Source of the DNA: a virus
Taxonomy: Duplodnaviria > Caudoviricetes
Virus record (IMG/VR): IMGVR_UViG_3300010354_000113
Span: 1-55,931 of that record
DNA length: 55,931 nt
Strand: one strand, 5' to 3'
Made by a program: the position numbers and the translations under genes
The notes under the pieces: generated by a model
Seen by the model: the letters and a program-made list of their open reading frames with translations, nothing else
The model's database searches: none
Told to the model about the DNA's origin: nothing
Part shown: positions 23,201 to 30,039 of the stretch, one piece after another
How the letters are laid out: every line of letters begins with the position of its first letter
Numbering within the stretch: position 1 is the stretch's first letter

Positions 23201-26200
23201 GACACAACAATCGAAGTCGATGATGAAGGTTACCCACAGGCAACTCGCAACCGCAACGACAGATATATTGATGCAACTAATTTAATCAAGGCGAACAAGG
23301 AATTGATTGCTAAAGAAGCAGTTGCAACAATGAATGACTTGTCCAAGTTTGGTGACTTCCAAATTCCAGGTGGGTCTGTAAATTGCGAAGATGATGTTAA
23401 GGATGTTTTAGATGCTCTCACTCATGACTTGCTGTTTGATTGCAACGACAAGATTTATGAAGCAGCGTCAATGTATATTGAGCCAGAGAATAATTCTCTC
23501 AGATATATTGAGAGTGAGTGGGAAGCATCCGTAACAACATTTAAGATTGTTAGAGACATTACAACTCTGACAATGAGAAATGCTTTTGGCAGAGACTATA
23601 TTCCTGGCACAAGTATTTCAGGTGTCCCTGTAGAGTCCTACGAGCAAAATCCCAAAGAAAATATCTTTAAGTATTGTGGCGATGCTATTGATGGAAACAT
23701 TCGCTATATTGCTGAGCAAGCAGTGTATGACGGACAGCAGCAATATCCTGGTCTTGTAATTCCGAATGGTGCAATTAATTGTGTCCATGACGTTGCAGAC
23801 ATTCTCAAAGCACTGGTATTTAACCTGAAGTATGGTGGTGATAACTGGATGCAGTATGCTACTGAATTCTATGTAAATTACTCTGGCAATCTGCAGCATA
23901 TCACATCGCAGACTACAGAAACTATCTGGATTCTGAATAGAGCCCGCGACCTTGCAATTAAGGCAATTAAGGATGCTCCAATCACAAACAACTCTGGATT
24001 TGCAGGGTCGCAAAGATTCTACGATGCATCTCCAAATCCAACAAACCAACTTAGAAATTCAAACAATACTACTGGTATTAACTTAACAACATTCAACAAT
24101 ATTGTAACAAGGTCATTTGCACCTGGCACCATTAATATTCAGAATGCTGACAATAGCAGCATTGGTATGGACAATAGTGATGACTTCACTGCACGCTGCA
24201 TCACTGTCCTCCCATCTGGCACTCCAACAGACTCTGTGCTGTTTGAGGGTGGTGGTAGTGGTTATGGCACCTGGATTGGTTTCCGTGACAGTGGCACTTA
24301 CCTGAGATTCCGTGCTGGAAACGGTGGTAATGCATATACTGGCGGTGCTTCATACACTAGCGATACTGGTCTCGCAAAGCTGGATATTCCAGTTGCAAAT
24401 CTTGTTGCTGCTGGTTATATGGATGGAAACCAACATGAGTTGGTTTGGGAAGTGAGAATTGGTGGTAATATTGCTACAGGTCCAGGTAGAGTCAGACTCT
24501 TTATCGACGGCAATCTTGTTGGCACTGCAACTACACCAGGATCTCTGAATACTGGTCTGGCAGCAGGTGGTGGCGCATGGTCTGGTGGTAATGATGGTGG
24601 ATTTGCAGCAACTGCTGGTGCAGTGCCTGCAGGTGAGCCAACAACGGCATGGCCATATGCAATCACTGGCAATATGGATTACTATCGTGGTCGCTTGGTA
24701 GATTCCTCATACACTGGCACCGAAGCAAATTCGGTAATTACTGAAATTAACACCTTGATGTCTAAAGTAACATCAGGGATTCAAAATCCAACCAACGTTG
24801 CTACTCGTAGTTACACTCTGCCAACTATTTGGCCAGTTAAGTATACTCCAGAGATTGCTAAGCGTGATTTAACAATTACATATGACACAATTAGTGGTGG
24901 GTCTGGGGCAAGCGGCACTTGGTATAACACATGTGGGGAAGTAGCATCATCCATTGATACCCTCATGGATATTCTCATCAATACAATTGAGGAAGCAGCA
25001 AATAATAACGTCAACTATCTTACTACCAATGTAACCAGAACATTCAAACCAGTCAATAACACTGAGTATCAACTTGGCACTTGCTATGACGTTGTATCTG
25101 CTATTGATACACTGTTTGGTCTGATGACTGAAACATTAGGTGCTGGTCCAGAGAATACAAAACTGATAGCAAACATGATTCTCTTCAATGAGAATGCAAT
25201 TGCAACCAGAGCATTTAATGAAACTCGTGCATATTATGGCACTACAAATCTGACTATAGACTTTGCACTCAATGTGCTGAAATCGTGCAGATATGACATG
25301 ATTACTGGTGGTAATGCTGGGTCATTCAAACTTCTTCAAGATTGGTTTGATGGCGAAGGTAACTTCATTGCATTCCCAGGAGTAACCAGATCTCATATCC
25401 TCTTCTGCCTCACTAAGGTCAGAGAGTATATTAAGAGTGTAATGTATCTTCTGGATACTGACCCAGATTGGACTCTCTATACCACATATAATCCAGTTGA
25501 AAGACTTGAGTGGTTCCAAGAAGCAGCAGAATTCATTGTTGATTCTTCACTAAATTCAATTGAATATGCGTTGGAAGCATCTAAGTTTCCAACAGAAGCA
25601 AAGGTTACATTTATTGCATCTACAGATGCTGTGAATCTGTCAAATACCTACAACATGGGTATTGACTACAATACTGACCCCGCTCTCGTTACTCTCTTAC
25701 CACTTACTGAAGTTGGTTATGAGCGTGCTGAGTATAGAGTCAGAATCAATCGTCCAAACTCTTTCCGTAGGGGAGATATTCTCCAGTATATCCCAGCGTC
25801 AGAAACATCTCTAAATGGTCTGGCAGGAACTGATTATGTCTATGTAATTAATGCTGAGGCAACTTGGTTTGAGATTGGTCTCCACTACATCCACGATGGC
25901 AGATTTAAGCAATTTGCTGTGGATACTGCAAATACTGGTGCTCAGATTCTGCAGGTTGTCAGAAGGTCTGGTATTGATATTAAGAATATCGTTTACCCAG
26001 TAGATCCATCACAAACACCTGTCCTTGGTGGTTTCAACTCTGCAGATGTTATCTATGGAGTTACTTCTCAGGCACATGCAGAAATCGGCGTTGTCCAAGA
26101 AAACAAGGCAAAAATTTACAAGTCGTTTACTAGATACGACCTCAATAACGTGTCCGAAGTGCTTGGAGTTTATGATAACTTTATTAACGGTGAGCAAGTT

Positions 26201-28420
26201 GTTGTCCAAGGTGCAACTAGCAACACTGGTTACATCTTGCAAACTGCAACAACAAATAATGACGGAGAAACATTTGTAAATCTTATTACAGAGACTGGCA
26301 CTATTTCAATTGGTGATGATATTGAAGGCGTTGATTCTGGCACTATTGCTACCGTTACGGGAATTTCTGATAGACTGCTTCTTAATATCAAGTCTGGTAG
26401 TTTTGATAGCAACCAGTGGTTGTTTGAAACTGATACCTCAACTGAGGCATACATTACAGAATACACGAATAAGAGTGGCACTCTGACTGGCAATAGTGGT
26501 GGTCGTATTACGATTGATGTTGAAACTATCGAGAATTCTTGGAATGCTGGAGATGTAATTTACGGTAGTTTGACCGATTATATCCTTGAAGTTAGAGGAA
26601 TCAGCGGCACTCAAATTCAACTTAATCAGTATATTCATGGCACAAATGTGTATCAACTAGAATTGGGTGCTGCAATCATTGATACTGGTATTGCTGATAC
26701 ATTTAGAGTTGGTGATGAGGTATACCTCTTACAAGGCACCACAGTTAAGAATCCTGGTTTCGTGGCAACTGTTACTCAATACATCAATGACACAGACCAA
26801 GGAATTCATAGATTGTTTATTGCAAACCTAGTACCTGTGGGCGCTGGTGCTGATATTAATGAGGTTATCACTAGCACAAATAACATTGGTAAGATTGATA
26901 TTGGATCTAACTTCCCAACAATCTATGCAAATGTCCTCTCATACACCGATACCGAATACTCATCTTATGGTAAAGTAGTTGCTATCGAGCAAAGTGGTAT
27001 TACTGCTAAGATTTGGGTCCAAGATGCAGTTGGCGAATTTGTCAACAACATGAGCGTCAAATCAGACTTCGGTTGGGGTGCTGCAGTTTCTAAGGCAACT
27101 GTCCTTGAAGGTAGAGTCGATAGATACTTCCGTGGTTTTGATGGTGTCCAAACAACATTTGATATCACCATCAATAATGGTGAAGCATACTACCCAGACC
27201 CAGCAGGACACCTGCTTGTGTTTGTGAATGCCGTGCTGCAACCTCCTGGTGCTGGGAATTCATATATTGCATTCTCAGATAAGATTCAGTTTACTGAGCC
27301 ACCTGAGATTGGATCTGAATTCATTGGTTACTATGTTGGTAAACTCCGTCAACTGGATGATATTAGTTTTGAGTTTGACTCACTGCGCTCATCCTTCAAC
27401 CTCAAGCGTGATGGTCTCTTCTACTCACTGACATTGACTGAGGGCGTATCGTCCAATACAATTCTGCCAGAAAACAATATTATCGTTTCTTTGAATGGCA
27501 TCGTTCAGGAGCCAGGTGTTGCTTATGAGTTGGTTGGTTCTAGAATCATCTTCTCAGAAGTCCCACGCGCAGGTAGCACTTTTGTTGGATTCTCCTACAT
27601 TGGTAGTGACGCTGACGTGGTTGCAGCAACAGTTGTGCCACCTATTGAAGCTGGCGACCAACTCTTTATTGATGGTGAAGAATTTAACCGCGAAGTTGCT
27701 GTTATTGAATCTTCCAACTCTCTGGTAACATTTGAGTATACTGGATCGATTAAAGGTAGAAATGCAGATGCTCTTGCTGAGGTCACATCTGGTCAATTGA
27801 CAGGCGCCATTCTTACAAACCCTGGCGATGGATATACATCACGTCCAAACGTAGACGTTATCTCATCTACTGGTTTTGATGGAAGAATCAAGGCACTGAT
27901 GGGTATTACTAGAATTGATGTGAGAAATGCTGGAGTTGGTTACAAGAAACCAGTTGTTGCAATCGATAATGAAGTCCCAGATAATTTTGTGACACCAGTT
28001 GGAACACCAATTAACGGCGGTATTGACATTTACAATGCAGAAGAAAATGAGGGTGGTGGAGGAGTTGTTATTACTCCAGGAACAATCACTATTGTTTCAG
28101 ACCCAGTTAATGTGACAGTTAACCAAGGTCAGACTGCAGTATTCACTGTAACTGCAAGAGTATCTAACAATCAAACTTTGAATTATCAGTGGCAGAAGAA
28201 GGAGTATGGCACTACGGTTTGGACCAACATTATTGGCGCAAACCAAAGAACATTCAGCACGGGCGCTGCAACACAAAATGATGATGGTGATGAATTTAGA
28301 GTTGCAATTACTGCTGCTGGTGCTACACCAGTTTATTCACTGTCGGCAATTATTACTGTCCAGACAGGTGCTACGGTAATCGCAAACTTCAGTCCAACAC
28401 AAATCTTTGACGACATCTAA
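8255..28420 (+). CDS. gp7: Giant multidomain baseplate wedge initiator gp7 (6721 aa): Gly-rich beta repeats, split YHYH-like domain, propeller-like region, LamG domains, CBM5/12-like repeats, phycobiliprotein-like helical repeats, C-terminal Ig-like domain
   Basis: gp7 hallmarks QLPEFIREE...FLFEYYKSQE, IKDFYISKGT..ATQYLFKIMFGEE and IQDSFFYQNFSYVIKS...W.......HPAGFLMFG; lies between gp6 and gp8. Confidence 0.88.
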   Translation: MQKNIAVSDRVEFQLPEFIREEDRQFVNFLFEYYKSQEKTGRPYDILNNLLNYLDLDNYDSDSLSKDTQLLTDIGVYDTKIEIESIDGFQPSDGSIMIDNEVIYYESVTRGPDAIITPGVSFSQFNKKKQLLENPFPLFDGVRNKFPLAFLGTPVAPPSPEHLIVITYNEMKIPGVDYFLEGDEIRFAIPPRARTGADDSEFTQIIYLIGYADQEIITTDSIPWQEWQGTKSYPLRLNTAQYTPTSEIGLVINKNGRLQVPYEDYTVYNQEVVFRYPIGSADNIHIRSVEYIAPAYGSGATAVVAVSPNGQVNKVIAKDGGSNYRLDFAPKIAIQSKESGKGATARSLVGGIKNINLIDGGQGYTSYNPPIPTILAPSNPNGTPARLSLTVNDTTGQVDTITIDNSGSGYDFIPAITFVNPGGARISNPTIDSEGRINNASIQVLSRGGNYTNPPEVYIDPAPEGGINAQAISRVDQDGQVYEISIVNRGRGYTTPPRARIIDPIGAQVLDVTVASGSVTNIEMLTGGRGYTDAPSVYIVDDRKDAYGEPIGGTGATAVATIFNGEITDINITNFGEGYSAEFPPKIFIAEPKSARASVAVGFGEVTGFDIFQNGEGYSPSAFLNCSRGVSGPVAYDQLHNEIYAGEKSLRQSNHLAGTTVINLDSLFIREVFDKFRRQYLPTIEIDYSAVNPVQIVKSIKDFYISKGTKLATQYLFKIMFGEEIDVYYPKDEIISPSAANWVVDTILRAELISGNPDNLIDSELIQYADNVDLNVKGASALIENVISIIQGTDTIYELAISEETLNGSFVIPYKTTLVEPLDTDSQIITVDSTIGWPERNGTILINDEEEVQYKEKSLNQFIECTRSKNGVVEDWDPGTKIFSDIFVYTNKGTDIECKLRVLGIAEAGTTILDNTGSYYLPGDKLKVANLGSTAEGEERLSSWLYNVKKLIKIDTIEPGGVNNQTATVYCENPHGLLVSDQVTIYGANPVVYNGTFIVTSRIDDFTFSYQLNVPTNIIPQGNILLSVDLNRGKSDVPSINKVISEFTTNIQNTFFNSDYVYIAASGLPNYKIGPFTGSALIPGNQRKLFRLPRKVQTISERKDIVPGTPIGAWINGVSIWSYKSREFVRFGPITSIDVIDGGIKYDAGNKPSLEISGGGGTGASAEVVINGQLVSFEVTNEGSGYIEQPLVSIVGGGGSGATAQAIVTGGRVTRILVEQPGTGYISQPSVSITGGGGTGATATANVRGPVESVFLTSAGNGYTEIPTIKLNSGEGALAQPIVINGRIVSIAIINSGAGYTTPPTVVINGDGFGAIAKANIGTVGEDKGRVLSVEITNRGIGYTQGNTTIRLESIGENAVFQANVFEWNKNLQADLSTKFDSARGYVFTGYNNQFGGEYAHLSDPKELRYVVGDNVFRNPVTQQFQELTSNYKHSPILGWAFDGNPIYGPYGYDDPTDQNSGIRRLRTSFKLKTNIVFDENTNPNPSRIDGPSLTEYPAGSFIDDYFYDFQSGDLDNYNGRFCKTPEFPDGVYAYFITIDASDAGKAEFPYIIGPKYNSLPDSWNFTQGATQENIPADIVRFRDPYVDVDIDVDRQPNQESNVLTTEIEGYPIIFEIQDSNNDGLIDANEQQEFLELSEEPTLQIFDYFPQVSSESRVDIEVESTTQFEDAKIDGFVIENPGVSYQVGDTVFFDNEGTGGFGASALIESVKGQKILGYTKEIIADKPYGVITTEIEHELRQDDEILVNSTPILDNTNKTFKVKVVAGIERINIIQSGVGYNRDIPPTFELITSAGQDGQLELILENTGQINKVKIVNSGNAYDPENPPEIRVSHPQQFKKTRYWLTEYYEATSTVRIIHSVTTSDRYTYICGSITESDGDMSGFIAKFDDLGARVWQRNLLPQNSGQKRVEFIKMVIDEEFENDVIYVVGQSYNPTTSQYSPDVFLAQYESGFNNANAPDGILRWQRSIAGISGTTRRDYVTSLALDQEKKIYIGGYTDTNSPDPDDMWVIQCDFDGDIKEKRKIASADGSERLYQIHLISDDNFFFVGVNEDTDDLIFGQFFFDGANIEIDWIRQIAVIGGQVRNPKFTVDDYGACILVWDVYNGTTSKFEKIQINKFQISTANAQWEWAKSITLNTSFLSINHANVSVDVFGNYTIVADVVESQNERYSIIHYLKYDGTIIKETKVVDVSNIGFSAKNHTVDNSGDCIIAANRQQSDQLASFRFNTVGDIEFDFTKQNLATWTYVDQANVVLDTTIYKYGTGSLKYVAGAKPASLTGFDITPNEWSARAWFSMNTTAWSTAHQPTFFEFVPATGNRIRFDIDGDSGSANYQKILIYVNGTLAASSTTATSWSAFASGAWVHVTFQKRQESLGLYKYEVFINGNLQLSYQTTDDIHLDDIVIGGPSVLPTTTNCFIGNIDDLVIDDIAPYENAYTVPTSEIAITTSDSDVVLVKFDRLHTNRGGYTLQDVTRYGELEFSDIETATTWVNINIPAFQAWEEGPGGLQILDMSQVISTFNPTTYTLSTAKYQYASKTSTVPSPRGKRLIIDCDVINKFYLKDASYQKIDNVLEFTLNQSAFLTKYSIIQQFNAQGVTTAFGTIVGVPEGTLANPGIGTKYKVGKIYGTFNSTDRLRTTAGDVNEIIGEYFDTEEAEQPWVAGGTYAIGDRVYANRRIYQSQSAGTAGTISPQHTSGTASDGSLDWALVDDAGKFDIDLTEKPYPRPIYAGLDMPEWDSQKLYAVGQRVWWKLNVYQVAVGGGGVSGTNPPVHTTGSQSDGSVTWEFVETLEQISPYARFMEYDQGNNYSVLIEEIHPGSSYIPGDVVSLRSNNIQLDSSRKQVRIVGFPSVKKIRVTARLEKDIIPTQFDRTDLVYCTSTSPHFYNISDIIYTEGFQGDQFDGSFFVQDVIGSREFTFAIRNAAVSDPVFNAGAISNVNIYAKHPTLRFTKNHQYNFDLSDPSNFGYYLSFSQDNQYKLEYSFNNIVREGTPGIQAAGAAPFVKFLVIGDITNISYYFDPSRTGSNSPVGANSFIDVYATPYQGRFKIAQVVNDFTFKFPLVREPEKNSAEIGVDDQDKEYSFYSTTSTRAVGPINSIKLVSPGGFYKKLPIIKEIASFRQIEKIVINDGGTEYSPGVYYDVQIAGDGEGARCIVTVDFDDEVGSGTITKIQVTDPGKGYTFASLDIDSIPGILGPTLAGSGASATVVIPEEGSGASVFLTGRNIGKIKRLKNNEFGFGYSHDYTLKPEITFPVNLQLFNTSILSEIKITDPGSGYTSAPAVVIEGGGGVGAEAVAVVKNNRLNEIQIKNPGAGYSSEPTVTLKSEFNYVVNLDLNYLQFNFPHGITTGAAIQFRADNIGSIEGDLPKPSSAGLTTLVEGQIYYAIAGEINSLEPDQIRFALTPQSAAAGDYITFLTQGSGRQVLLTEVFGGKAVAVVETSRFLEGETVFQGNTLEQASAIGKVSTNTGWQIGPKILKIVDYNGDWKVGEKVNGVISKASGIIDNLSIARGVLNIGSLTKTPGKFIDDVGKPSEIVQKIQDSFFYQNFSYVIKSDIPITKWKNQILQNNHPAGFLMFGQLQLTGGKDISGRKIATEFTKEVNINNYANINQITSFAAAQPIYTDYNNTEVLFRKKRLTSSEEILTSIVKKLDNVSNLFNGIEKSFPITVEGEQVIVNSNQLLITLNGIIQAPGESYQVVGGNIVFSEPPRPASRVNYRTLGITPIPIYRINLYSGTVGIANYGIFPTLGQQVQGQNTNTFGTVIDSGTNHIDVINITGSGFQLNEEITRGTLFSALVESVTLLNTETIFRFGESITNLEGDTAIIEEVNIDPEGNVVDRVVVSKTSGTAEFETGIFDIRLNEFIYSASSKIAGKVTFISPYIDPATEDPVDELILNPGSTFYGLLFERLVSITNPNVILDDISKSSITATELYDSGNRINANFLSFEDVRSTEVTYTDLTNGTLIDGELVSNKKVTYTNPVTAYHGSAGNRFYDAANMIRDNKQEIIDFAEAQIAVEYPDFYFPGDVNTNPTSRYSDSYRMIQLNKDLIVGMSYDDMITQYPLVSVPDVNKCKRDLGYFVDALSIDIFRGGNVYTRKFTSYYFDDTGALVYVNAQAAETRYAYERALDWMKQAITNQLAGTISAVNSVDSWTGYQDLTITADPSPNDPYGTAGSNTSNTDPQSCSDVQDALTTLWEVVDTALDTGTLDELPDEEIGEYSPNETKCRRDIGYFVDAIANDVSRGGNYNIVTFTKFYFNNAGAPISNGLVGETAQSITAFEKARDLSYRAINNLLYYKDLTLLNDPDSYGGNAPGHTYDADYSTGSNQLITNCADVQSYIATLTDIAVDAITAGNLNNVNALATISDGTFVNSENIRSTKIAYKNKSTGLFAFDDQITGVTSGAIFKAIGANAGLKWIYAGPITGAMQIGEYITNSTLANQGGVTQSVIVKKAELSGTKSLNFPAAGYLVAAESYNFAFGATDDFTIEAWIRPSGISGTQHLFDFRRTATDGLRIIMDGQQLRVYNGTSSLIISGNVFTAADTWYHVSVVRSDNVLQAYVNGVQVGSNYADTNDYGYAPCYIGADFNTTNQFTGYMDNLYVKNGTADHIGAFTPPTQVDYTDTEIVLGLNGEGPFILSTTETYATLTSINVYSATTKVVNYDDLSFVIKDIDLGRKEYRDCADIISLNAAWIAEEAVGRMKAQFPDFIMPGDDPANNSYGGTNYCLRDTKDYIIAALVKDLRDGGNYHTLYTARTYLSTSGKLKHVGNEILQTLYTWDEVSNIMIDIITTTSNDLSGEYTEKLRIPNNFDSPASQAVQDEIRQLTTDMLEVIAPSPNRFRDSGILIWKNRDYIADEVVGYIQDKYIKTLAGNPVDFLDIPGDDNICKRDIKAYIIPAIIADLATGGTYQTQNVIDFYLDSQKNILFVENELNPMLDAFNKTKELCQFAVNNLLLDAGTTASEYGYSAWAQDDYYEPQWTSRNAYRDTTIEVDDEGYPQATRNRNDRYIDATNLIKANKELIAKEAVATMNDLSKFGDFQIPGGSVNCEDDVKDVLDALTHDLLFDCNDKIYEAASMYIEPENNSLRYIESEWEASVTTFKIVRDITTLTMRNAFGRDYIPGTSISGVPVESYEQNPKENIFKYCGDAIDGNIRYIAEQAVYDGQQQYPGLVIPNGAINCVHDVADILKALVFNLKYGGDNWMQYATEFYVNYSGNLQHITSQTTETIWILNRARDLAIKAIKDAPITNNSGFAGSQRFYDASPNPTNQLRNSNNTTGINLTTFNNIVTRSFAPGTINIQNADNSSIGMDNSDDFTARCITVLPSGTPTDSVLFEGGGSGYGTWIGFRDSGTYLRFRAGNGGNAYTGGASYTSDTGLAKLDIPVANLVAAGYMDGNQHELVWEVRIGGNIATGPGRVRLFIDGNLVGTATTPGSLNTGLAAGGGAWSGGNDGGFAATAGAVPAGEPTTAWPYAITGNMDYYRGRLVDSSYTGTEANSVITEINTLMSKVTSGIQNPTNVATRSYTLPTIWPVKYTPEIAKRDLTITYDTISGGSGASGTWYNTCGEVASSIDTLMDILINTIEEAANNNVNYLTTNVTRTFKPVNNTEYQLGTCYDVVSAIDTLFGLMTETLGAGPENTKLIANMILFNENAIATRAFNETRAYYGTTNLTIDFALNVLKSCRYDMITGGNAGSFKLLQDWFDGEGNFIAFPGVTRSHILFCLTKVREYIKSVMYLLDTDPDWTLYTTYNPVERLEWFQEAAEFIVDSSLNSIEYALEASKFPTEAKVTFIASTDAVNLSNTYNMGIDYNTDPALVTLLPLTEVGYERAEYRVRINRPNSFRRGDILQYIPASETSLNGLAGTDYVYVINAEATWFEIGLHYIHDGRFKQFAVDTANTGAQILQVVRRSGIDIKNIVYPVDPSQTPVLGGFNSADVIYGVTSQAHAEIGVVQENKAKIYKSFTRYDLNNVSEVLGVYDNFINGEQVVVQGATSNTGYILQTATTNNDGETFVNLITETGTISIGDDIEGVDSGTIATVTGISDRLLLNIKSGSFDSNQWLFETDTSTEAYITEYTNKSGTLTGNSGGRITIDVETIENSWNAGDVIYGSLTDYILEVRGISGTQIQLNQYIHGTNVYQLELGAAIIDTGIADTFRVGDEVYLLQGTTVKNPGFVATVTQYINDTDQGIHRLFIANLVPVGAGADINEVITSTNNIGKIDIGSNFPTIYANVLSYTDTEYSSYGKVVAIEQSGITAKIWVQDAVGEFVNNMSVKSDFGWGAAVSKATVLEGRVDRYFRGFDGVQTTFDITINNGEAYYPDPAGHLLVFVNAVLQPPGAGNSYIAFSDKIQFTEPPEIGSEFIGYYVGKLRQLDDISFEFDSLRSSFNLKRDGLFYSLTLTEGVSSNTILPENNIIVSLNGIVQEPGVAYELVGSRIIFSEVPRAGSTFVGFSYIGSDADVVAATVVPPIEAGDQLFIDGEEFNREVAVIESSNSLVTFEYTGSIKGRNADALAEVTSGQLTGAILTNPGDGYTSRPNVDVISSTGFDGRIKALMGITRIDVRNAGVGYKKPVVAIDNEVPDNFVTPVGTPINGGIDIYNAEENEGGGGVVITPGTITIVSDPVNVTVNQGQTAVFTVTARVSNNQTLNYQWQKKEYGTTVWTNIIGANQRTFSTGAATQNDDGDEFRVAITAAGATPVYSLSAIITVQTGATVIANFSPTQIFDDI
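20219..25580 (+). repeat. About seven alpha-helical repeat units in gp7 (R.DA..I..N...I...A....YPDF..PG / C.RD...GGN / C..V...I.TL)
   Basis: Read directly from the translation. C-x-x-D Cys codons at 20465, 20924, 22418, 22901, 23384 and 23780; closing-helix Cys codons at 20801, 21242, 24932 and 25082. Confidence 0.85.
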
Positions 28421-28423
28421 ATA
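28417..28423 (+). promoter_or_regulatory. Late promoter (CTAAATA)
   Basis: Overlaps the gp7 stop, 11 nt before the 28435 ATG. Confidence 0.55.
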
Positions 28424-28434
28424 GAAGTAAAAAC

Positions 28435-30036
28435 ATGACTGCAACTGCCAGTTACAACGACGCCACCTATGTGCTAACTGTTTCAGCAGATGGACTTCCA
28501 TCTCCTGTTTCCTATGGCACATTTCCGAATCAGTTTAATCCAAATTCGGTAACACAGCAAGATTTCGACCACGATTTCTTGTATCGTGGTGGCACGTTTG
28601 GAATTTCCAGGACTTTTGATGATAACACTTGGACCCAAGTTGGATTCATTAGAAGCATTAGTCTATCATTATCTGATAACGCACTGTTTGGTAACAATTC
28701 ATCAATCAGACCTGGCGACAATTTAATGTTTGTATTCAGTGACGGCATTAAGAGAAAGTTTCTCTATACTGGCACTACATTTACATCCGTTGCAAATCAA
28801 TGTTGGTTAGCAACGGATAATAGATTGGATTTGATTATGTCAGTCCAAGAGACATCTACTGGTACATACACATATTATGACCAAAGAAATGGGAGACTAG
28901 AAACTCCCCTAGGTGCTATTGGAATTGCTGCTAATGGCGTAGTGCTATTCAATCCCAGTGCAGGAAATGGAGGAAACCCACCACTAGGATTTAGTTGGAA
29001 TGCTCACTATGACAATTCCCCAGTAAATTTTGGTGGGGATCAATGTGGTGGACACCCAGAGCAAACAGGACAGTATCACTATCACGATGGACACTTCCTT
29101 GACTGTTGGCGAGAAAACGGTGCTATGGGTGGATATAATGATTACTATGGTAGTAGTCAGTATAACGGCGATATCCTTAGGCATCCAGATGGTCACTCCA
29201 AAATTATTGGATTTGCCTTTGATGGATTTCCAGTATACGGTCCATTTGGATATGATGCTGCCTGGGATAATTTAAGTGGCACTAGACCAATAACTTCATC
29301 CTATGAAGTTAGGGATATTGAAGCGCCTGGTAGACCCGAGTATGGGAATACCAATCAGAATCCCCCTGCTGGGTCTTTGATGGAAGACTGGCAGTATGTT
29401 GAGGGACTGGGCGACTTGGATGTGCACAATGGCAGATTCTGCATAACTCCAGAATATCAGAATGGCACATATGCATATTTTCTTACTGTAGATCCAGATG
29501 ATGTTGACCATCCAACATTCCCATACATGATTGGCACATCAACTAGAGAAAGTATTGATGTGCCAATCAATAGTGGAGCAAAACCAGTAGATACTGGCAC
29601 AGGTGGAGGTGGTGGTGGAGAAGCACCTGTCAGACCTACTTTACAGTTTACATTACAACCACAAAATGCAACCGTAAATGCTGGACAATCAGTTACATTC
29701 AGTGCGCAAGCACAACTTCTGCCAGAAAACGGTCCAATTGGTTATCAGTGGTATAGGTCAACTGATGGTGGATTTGCATTTGCGGCAATTACTGGTGCTA
29801 CAGACATCTCATATACAACTACAGCATTGTCGTATATGACTGGGTATCGCTATAGATGTCGTATTATTGGTCCACTTGGAGTTGCTTTAAATGAAAGAGC
29901 AACCAATTCACCTTTAGACTCAAACGTTGCAGTCTTGACTGTTGCTGGTTCTGGCGGTGGTGGAAACCTTGCAAATAGATTTGACTCCACATTATCGAGA
30001 TATGATTCTACCTCTCAGAGGTATGATGGCACCTAA
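28435..30036 (+). CDS. YHYH-domain virion protein with a C-terminal Ig-like domain (533 aa)
   Basis: GAIGIAANGV.LF, GGHPEQTGQYHYH, HSKIIGFAFDGFPVYGP and GDLDVHNGRFC.TPEY motifs; I-set-like QPQNATVNAGQSVTF...YQWYR. Confidence 0.8.
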   Translation: MTATASYNDATYVLTVSADGLPSPVSYGTFPNQFNPNSVTQQDFDHDFLYRGGTFGISRTFDDNTWTQVGFIRSISLSLSDNALFGNNSSIRPGDNLMFVFSDGIKRKFLYTGTTFTSVANQCWLATDNRLDLIMSVQETSTGTYTYYDQRNGRLETPLGAIGIAANGVVLFNPSAGNGGNPPLGFSWNAHYDNSPVNFGGDQCGGHPEQTGQYHYHDGHFLDCWRENGAMGGYNDYYGSSQYNGDILRHPDGHSKIIGFAFDGFPVYGPFGYDAAWDNLSGTRPITSSYEVRDIEAPGRPEYGNTNQNPPAGSLMEDWQYVEGLGDLDVHNGRFCITPEYQNGTYAYFLTVDPDDVDHPTFPYMIGTSTRESIDVPINSGAKPVDTGTGGGGGGEAPVRPTLQFTLQPQNATVNAGQSVTFSAQAQLLPENGPIGYQWYRSTDGGFAFAAITGATDISYTTTALSYMTGYRYRCRIIGPLGVALNERATNSPLDSNVAVLTVAGSGGGGNLANRFDSTLSRYDSTSQRYDGT

Positions 30037-30039
30037 ATA
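30033..30039 (+). promoter_or_regulatory. Late promoter (CTAAATA)
   Basis: Overlaps the upstream stop, 23 nt before the 30063 ATG. Confidence 0.55.

Noticed and set aside
8255-28420. Intein, intron or mis-assembly as an explanation for the 20-kb ORF
   Set aside because: The frame is uninterrupted, I noticed no intein or homing-endonuclease motifs, the repeats are highly diverged, and multi-thousand-residue gp7 proteins are known in cyanomyoviruses.
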